Origin: the human T2T-CHM13v2.0 reference genome, Homo sapiens | Direction: 5' to 3' (one strand) | DNA: 64,000 nucleotides | NCBI RefSeq assembly: GCF_009914755.1 | Contig: NC_060947.1 | Shown: positions 54,715 through 64,000 of the stretch, in pieces | Layout: every line of letters starts with the position of its first letter | Position numbering within the stretch: the first letter of the stretch is position 1 | Notes under the pieces: generated by a model | What the model was told of the DNA's origin: nothing | Seen by the model: the letters and a program-made list of their open reading frames with translations, nothing else | Databases searched by the model: none | Made by a program: the position numbers and the translations under genes

Positions 54715-55444
54715 AAACACTGCTGAAGAAACCAGCCTCTCCCTGAAAGACTATGCTATCTGTGAGGAGCTATGAGAAAAAGTAAGTCTCAAAGGAAGAG
54801 AACATAGTTCAGGTCTTAATGAACGGAGATCATCACTCTTTTCAGAAGCATGCTACCAGCAGCCCTTTTACCTTGTCGATGTATCACTGCCCTGCTGAGT
54901 CTAAATGAGATCTTCCCTCTGTACCTGAGAACGTGATTCTTACACTTTGCTGCTGACCACAAGGCGATTCTTGGATGGGGCTTTGGTTTTAGAGCAATTT
55001 ACTATGATTTGGATATATTAAGAATTTGGTTTGTTGTGATCACTCAGCTACTGGCTTCTGTGCACTGCTCTCCTCTCTTGTTGCAACACAGTTCTTTGTA
55101 AATCACACCTAATTTTAAATCCTGAGCATATGGTCTGTTTTGACAACAAGATTAGCCTAAAAGCTGAAAAAAGAAACATTCCCCAGATTCCTTTTATATC
55201 CAACAACCATCTGTGGTGGGAAGAAAAGGTAAAGACATTTCCAAATCTGGGTAGAGAATCTCGGACACAAAGACAAAAGCTGGCATGGCTCCTCATCCTC
55301 CTACTACGAGCTGTCCTCACCAAGATCCTCAGGCCTTGACTATCTCTCAGTGCTGCATTAGTGAGAATAGCTGTTGATCTCTCCACTCCCAGGCCCTCTG
55401 AAATAGCAGCCACTAACATATGTATGGACTCTTCTGCTGAAATC

Positions 55445-56390
55445 TGTCCTGGCTGCTTATAGCAGACTCTTTTGGTGCTCCACCCCTATCCTTTGGTGCC
55501 TTACCACTGCAGTGCAAGCTCTGGAACTTCCAGCTGCCTGAGGACTTTTCTTGACAACCAAAACCCACCCTGCCTATGCAGGCCAGCTGTGAGAACCAGA
55601 AAATTAATGTCCTGGAAAGCAGCCTTCAGCCAATGACTGATGGAAATTGGTGTCTAAACAGCCTCAGTCCCTTGAGCCTGAGAAGAGATAATTCTGAGGT
55701 GTGACAAAGACTCTCCCAATCAAACTTTGGTCAGGCTCCTCTGAGCTTTCTCTTTTTGACTAGGCCTCAGTTTTGGGCTTCATGTCCTTCCTTGTAGAAT
55801 CTAGTTTTAGCAAGAATCCAGTTTTAGGAAGAACCCTGCTAAGTCAGTTAAGAAAGAATCCTTACTCTCTATATCTGACCACCCTCAATATCTGATCAAA
55901 TTCCTCATCCCCTACTCTTGATATCTGATCACCTGGCCTATCTTCAGCAAGAATCCTGTTAAATTTGTTTAGCCATAATCCTTCTTTCCCCTTGACATTT
56001 CCTCTTGGTAATTTTCAATCCACTAACCCCCATCCCTTTACTTGGTTAAAAATTCCCACTTGTCCATGTTGTATTCAGAATTGAGCCTGGTTCTACACTG
56101 AGATCTCTTTTCCTCTACTTACAATAGTTTTTTTTAATAAAATTTATCTTCACCACTTGAACTTCTACCCATCTCTGGATTTTCTAAACAGGTGGATGCA
56201 TTACACTGATTCCCAGAGTTCCTCAGTGGGATTGAGCTCAACTTGTTGGATATTACACCTCTTGGTGGATGCTTTCCCTTCTCCATCTCTCTCCCAACTC
56301 CTCTGTTTCATTGCATTACCCCCACCCCAAATATAGCTACAGTACATGAATCTTGTTTCAGGTCTCCTTCTGGGGAATCCCAATACAGAC
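55445..56390 (+). mobile_element. LTR16-type (ERVL) LTR, split by a MER31-like LTR
   Basis: CAGCCAATGACTGATGG...GATAATTCTGAGGTG resumes as TTCCCAGAGTTCCTCAGTGGGATTGAGCTC...CTTCTGGGGAATCCCAATACAGACA. Confidence 0.6.
55702..56190 (+). mobile_element. MER31-like ERV1 solo LTR
   Basis: Starts TGACAAAGACTCTCCCAATCAAACTTTGGTCAGGCTCCTCTGAG and ends in CA; 4-bp TSD GGTG. Confidence 0.75.
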
Positions 56391-57294
56391 ACTGCTTCAG
56401 CATTCTCATCCTGTGTTAGATAACTGGCCCCACCAGTCATTAGCACCAGCATCCCACAGACTTGATATCAGAGAGATTTACTGAAACAAGACTGGAATCC
56501 CATGTCCTAGGTCTTTCTCACATGGGGTGAAGTAATAGGATGATGCTTTTCTAGAACTACTCCTGCTCTTACATGCCCAGCACAGACAGCATTTATGTTT
56601 TCTAGGCCTGTTAGAGTGACCACAGTATTACAGGTGTTTATTTCTCTCACCTACTGCATAGTGCAGGAATAAGTTCACTCAAAAATGGCTAACTGAAGGA
56701 GGTAGGTTCCTTGTTCTATATGTGCAACAATCCTGATAGCCCCATATCTGTGAAGGGCACATGCTAAATTATCCCATCAAAATGCAGGAGTGTTGACCCT
56801 TAAGTATTTCTTATTGCAGAATGTCAGTCACACTACTCCAAGACTTCCTCAAATGATTGCTCTTTTCCAGCTCACTGATATCCATATACAAATTGAACAC
56901 GACCAGACAGACACTTCTTTTTCACCAGTGCTTTTTTTTGCAACATTTTCATGTCTCCTGACAAACTTGAGTATTCTTTAAAAGACAGACTATGAAACAC
57001 TACTTAATCAGAAATAAACTTATTTTTATACTTGCCTACATTTCCTAATGACTCCCCTTTTTTCCTTTAAGTGACCTGTTACTTCTTCACCCAAAACTTT
57101 CACCATAGTATTCAGTTTTATTATAATTATAGATACAACCAATCAATACTATAGAACAATTTCCAGACTTTAGATTTTAAAAACAATCCACAAAAAATCA
57201 ATACTTAACCCGATAGAAACACTTTTGTTTTACATTAATTGACAACTATCAAAGATTTGGGATATATGAGGAAATCTAGAATTTTTCAAGTAAG

Positions 57295-57430
57295 GTTCAT
57301 TTATTTACATATTCATTGTAGAAAGATTTCTTATGTACTTACTATGCATCAGACACTGCTTAAGGTATTTGTGATCCACAGACTTAATTCCCTTTGAGAA
57401 GTTTATAATCTAGGAGGAGAGTTGGACATT
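57295..57430 (-). mobile_element. L2 3'-end fragment
   Basis: TTCATTTATTTACATATTCATT...TACTTACTATGCATCAGACACTGCT. Confidence 0.45.
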
Positions 57431-58629
57431 GATAAAGAACTTCAAGCTTCCATCATAACCCATTTTAGAAATTAGAGAAATAAAGTTAAAACCTTAACAA
57501 AATGAAAGATCCTTAATGTTCTACTCAAAAAACAACATGACCTTTTCAAATGTATGTTATTGGCATATATTTGGGAGGAAAATTATTAAATCATTTTTAT
57601 TAAAAAGATTTCTTTAAAAAAACAAAAATAGGTTAAAATTTAAATTATTTTAAACATTTGCAGTGCTTAATCATATTTTTAGTAATTATTCAGACTTGAC
57701 TTTCTATATGTAAATGATTTCCACACATACCTTCAGAAGGTATATTATGCACTTCTACTTCAAAGGTTTTATTTTGATTAATTTTTTGAATTTTGATAAT
57801 TTTTCTCAGGGAATTTTACATGGGAATAACCCATACATAATTATTTCTGTTGCATCTGCACACGACTTGATGTAGAATTATTTAATCACACACAGTCTTT
57901 TCCCCTTAATGTATTATATGTTTTCCTTTTGTATCCTGCTACGCTGTTGCATTCAAGAGAAAATTGATTTTGTATCTTTGTAGATAATATTTTCTTTTTC
58001 TTCCTGAAAATTCATAATATTCTTTATCTTTGAAATTCAAAATGTTAGCCATTCACATCCAGGTACTGGACAATTTGTATTAACTCTGCTTTGACCATAA
58101 CAAGACCTTTTCTTGGGAAGATTAACATTTTTTTCAGCTCAAGAAAACATTATTTTCTTCTGTAACTATTATTTCTCTTTCTTTTTTTCTAGAGTTTTCT
58201 TTCAGCCATGAGAATGATCCATATATTGGATCTCCATTATTTGTCTTTAATATCCATCTACTTTTCTTAGGCTGCAACTATGCAGATTTTATGATAAATG
58301 TATTTATGTTTTGAATGAATAGTCACGTGCATACTATAAAGATAGAGATGGTATATCACTACTAGATGAAATTCCTTGCCTTCCTTCATGATTTCTTCAG
58401 TGCTTTCTCAGTGGATAAACGGTTTTCTCAAAAGTATAACTCCTCCAAGTATAGTTTTTGTCCTGGTAGAAACTATTGCACCCATAACCAGTTCATGTGA
58501 TGATCAATCATCTTCCCCTTCCATGTAACATACAGTCCTAGGAAAATTTGTGCAAGTCAGACAGAGAGGGGAATTTTTCAATTCTTCTTATTTCATAGAA
58601 CTGTGGGGGTGCCAAATTTCTTTTGATAT

Positions 58630-58725
58630 GAGAATTTAAGTTGCCTCTGATGGAGATGATCACTCATAAAACTACTGTAGGGATTAAATGAGTTAATGAA
58701 TGTAAAATGCCTAGGACAGAGCCTG
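58630..58725. mobile_element. MIR fragment
   Basis: GTAGGGATTAAATGAGTTAATGAATGTAAAATGCCTAGGACAGAGCCTG. Confidence 0.6.
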
Positions 58726-59369
58726 AGTCCTGATCAGAGAGCTGCACTGTCAGAAACTGGAATCTCCATTTTTCTCTGCTGGCAGAACTTAGTGGGAAGA
58801 CAGGGTGGAGGCCTTGATGACTGTGAAGTCAGAGAAATCAGAGCATGATTCACAGTGGTCATGGCTTTGGCCAGCAGGGTGATGGCCAGATAGCCTGGGG
58901 TCCCATCTCCATGAAGTCACTTACTGTCTGTATGCCCCTAGGGAAGTTAATTTACCTGTCTGGGCCTCTCACATCTTGAGGTTGCAGATGGACTTGCACC
59001 ACAACCACATTCCTTATTCTTGGGTTCCTGTGGTTCTGCATGCTCCTCCATGAGTACTCCCTACCTCTCAGCCCATTACCTCTATCCTGCCCAGGCAGAA
59101 GAACAGTGACTCTAGCAAGGAGCACAGAAAGATAACCCTGTGGAAGCTGTGACTGCCTGGGCACATGAACTATATCACCCAGGCATTCCAATTGTGGAGA
59201 ACCCAGATAACAGTAAAGGTGTGTGCATAAGCAAAGGAGCGTCATGTGTCATGTCAGATGCAGACATATAGGACTGCCATTGGTGTGAGAATATGCTTGG
59301 GCTCTGGCCTTGTGATCTGGCTTAGAGTTCATCTGGCTGCTGCAAAAATTAATTAAATTGAAAATTAAT

Positions 59370-60620
<1,251 letters not shown>

Positions 60621-60624
60621 TAGA

Positions 60625-62555
60625 CAAAAAGGGATGTATACATTCAATGCAACTTTTATCAAAATCCCAATGCCTTATTTTTTTAAGAAATGGAAAAGTT
60701 GATCCTCAAATTCATATGCTATTGCAATTGACCCAGAATAGACAAGCAGAAGAATAAATTTGGAGGACTCATGCTTCTTGATGTTAAAACTTATTACAAA
60801 GCTATAATTAAAACAGTATGTTATTGGAATAAATATAAACATAATGATTAATATAATAGAATTAAGAATTTTGAAATTAACTCATACATTTTGATTTTCC
60901 ACTAGGATGCCAACATCATTCAATGGGGAAAGAATAGTATCTTCAACAAATTTTATTAAGACAAATGCATGTCCACATGTAAAACAATGTAGTTGGGCCC
61001 TTATGGCACACTATATATATAAAACTAATTCAAAATGAGTCAAAGACCTAAGTATAAGAGCTAAAATTATAAAAATCCTTGAAGAAAACAAGGATAAATT
61101 TTTATGACCTCGGGTTTGGCAATAATTCTTTAAATATGCCACCAAAAATACAAGCAACAAAAGAAAACAAAGTCAATACATTTGATCTCATGAAAATTCC
61201 AAACTTTTCCCATCAAAGTACATTATCTAGAGAATTAAAAGACAACTCACAGAATAGGAGAAAATGTTTGCAAATCATATGTCTGATAAGAGACTAATAT
61301 GCAGAATATATGAAGAACTCATAACTCAATAAGACAAATAACTCAGTGAAAAAAAAATGAACAAATGACTTGAATATAAATTTATCCAAAGAAGATATAC
61401 AATTGTCAAATAAGCACATGTAAAGATGCATTAGTCATTAGATAAGTACAAATTAAAACCACCACATACCATTTCATATCCACTAGGTGGCTGTAATTTT
61501 TTTACATAAAGGTAAAATAATGAGTGTTGACAAGAATGTGAAAACATTAGGACCTACACACATTGCTGGTGGCAATATAAAATAGTGGAACCACTATGGA
61601 AAATGGTTTGGAGATTCCTCAAAATGTTAAACACAGAATTCCAATAAGACACAGCAATTCTATCCCTGGTTACATATGACCTAAGTAATTTAAAACAAGT
61701 GTTAAACATTTGAACAAGGATTTTTACAGCAGCAGTATTCACAATAGCCAAAGTGGAAACAACCAGAATGTTCAACCAATGAATATGTTGTACACATGTA
61801 ATGGAATATTATTCAGCCACAAAAGGTAATATTGATACATGCTACAACATGGACTAAACTTGGAAACATTATGCTAAGAAAGAAATCAGACACATGAGGC
61901 CACATATTGTATTATTCCATTACTGTGAAATATCCAGTATAGGCAAATATGTAGAGACAGAAAGCAGATCAGTGGTTGCTAGAGGCTGGGAGAAGAGGGC
62001 AATAGGAATGACTACCTAATTGCTTTGAGGTTTTTTTGGGGGCAATGATTATGTTTATTGGAACTAAATAGTGATGACAGTTGTAAAATATTGGGAATGC
62101 ACTAAATCACACTGAATTGTGCATTTTAAAATAGTTAAAATGATAAAATTTATGTTATAGGTTGCTATAGTTTGAATATATACATCCTTTCAAAATTCGT
62201 ATGTTGGAACCTAATGCCCAATGTGATAATATTAACCGGTGGGGCCTTGGAAAGTGATTATGTCATGAGCACTCCACTCTCACAAATGGGATTAGTGCTC
62301 TTTTAAAAGAGGTTAAAGTGAATGCCCTTTTGTCCTGCCTTTTGCCATATGAGGACACAGCAACAATGAACCATCTTAGAAGCAAAGGGTGAGCCTTCAC
62401 CAGACACCTAATCCGTTGGTGCCTTGACTTCTAGCCTCGAGAATTGTGACAAATAAATTTTGATTATTTATAAATTATGTAATCTGTGGTTTTTTTTTTT
62501 ACAGCAGCAGGGACAAACTAAGATATGCATTTTACCGTAATAAGAAAAAGAAGAA
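60625..62555 (+). mobile_element. Old L1M (L1MB-like) ORF2 end and 3'UTR, interrupted by an MLT1A LTR
   Basis: CATTCAATGGGGAAAGAATAGT, AAAGAAGATATACAA, TTCACAATAGCCAAA. The tail TTTTACCGTAATAAGAAAAAG resumes after the LTR. Confidence 0.8.
62163..62525 (+). mobile_element. MLT1A-type solo LTR
   Basis: TGCTATAGTTTGAATAT start; ACAGCAGCAGGGACAAACTAAGATA end. Confidence 0.75.
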
Positions 62556-63204
62556 ATTAGACTTATGTCCTGAGTCCGCCTGAGTCATTGCAGGCAAATT
62601 TTCACTTCCTCACTCTGATAGAACTTAAACTATTTATTTTCTGGTGAGATTTAATTTGAGAAAATCAGTTCTTGGGTAAGTAAACAAAGCTGATGATGAG
62701 ATCCTGCATAACAATAAGCTTATGAAGTGAGTGTCTGTATATAGAATAGTTAAGATCCCAAGCATCTATCCCCTTATGACCGCACTTGTTCTCCTAAACT
62801 GGACAGGGTGTTTTACAGCACCTGATCAAAATGTAGGGAGAAAATTCTATTTGAGGAAATTTGATGAATCCCAGAGAAACTATTCATATAGATAATTGAC
62901 AATTAAGGGTATATCAAATATGTGATTTTTCCATTCGTTATTTGCCTATGGTAACACTCGCCTGTCTAAAAGACCTACGAGAACATGCTGAATTTATAAT
63001 ACATTTTGTAAAGCATCACTCTAAAATAAGTAGCAATAATTCATGATGAAATTGAGATAAATTGAAAGAAAAAATCAAAACCAAGCAAAAGGGGGAAAAA
63101 TCTTTCTTGAAAAATGATACAACAGAGAAGCTGGTAGAAAACTTGTATCTTTGAAATAATAGGAATTTTCATCCATTAAACAAAGCTAAACTAGGAACAT
63201 TTAA

Positions 63205-63585
<381 letters not shown>

Positions 63586-64000
63586 TAAAATGTTGGAAGA
63601 TAATGTTAAGGATCTACTAAAGAAAATAGAAAAAGAAAAAGAATAATGAAATTAGGGTGATTTTATAGAAAATTTTCCATCAGGAACAGTCAGGGGTGAG
63701 GGTGAAATGCATGGAAAATAATTAGTTAAAAAATATGCAAAAATTTCCCAAAATAACTATATGACTTTCTAGAATAATAGAGCCTAGTGAATGCCAAACA
63801 CATTAGATAAGGAAAAGTCAAGTAATACAACACGACCACCAATAACAACTGTTTGGGGCTGTTTAGGCATTTACTCTCTGAAGACCTAAATTCCAAGATA
63901 GATTCACTGGCACTACTTGATACAAAATTGAGTAAGAGGTATTCTTTGCCCTACCTCAGCCCTATTTGCATGGACCTAGTCAACAAGAAAAAAATATCAG

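Overview
Primate (human-like) non-coding genomic DNA: it carries AluJ/S/Y, L1PA, THE1/MST and HSMAR2 elements, and I can support no intact protein-coding gene. The window is dominated by two very old, highly diverged tandem arrays that ordinary repeat classes do not explain. (1) A C/T-rich 48-bp array (consensus ~TCCTCCCCTAGGCTGGATGCTCCCTCCACCCATGCACTTCCTGCTGAG) spans ~2.5-45.8 kb. About 32 kb remains after removing insertions, roughly 650 monomers by eye. It shows signs of higher-order duplication, one local inversion and one recent in-register duplication. (2) A purine-rich 63-bp array spans ~46.2-52.0 kb. Both periods are multiples of 3, and most ORFs in the supplied track are translations of these monomers. 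The 48-bp array is interrupted by a nested insertion series: an L1 containing an MST provirus, which contains a 2.9-kb retroposed mRNA 3' end with a 17-bp TSD. The flanks are ordinary TE-rich sequence. Repeat subfamily names come from recognising terminal sequences and were not confirmed by a database search.
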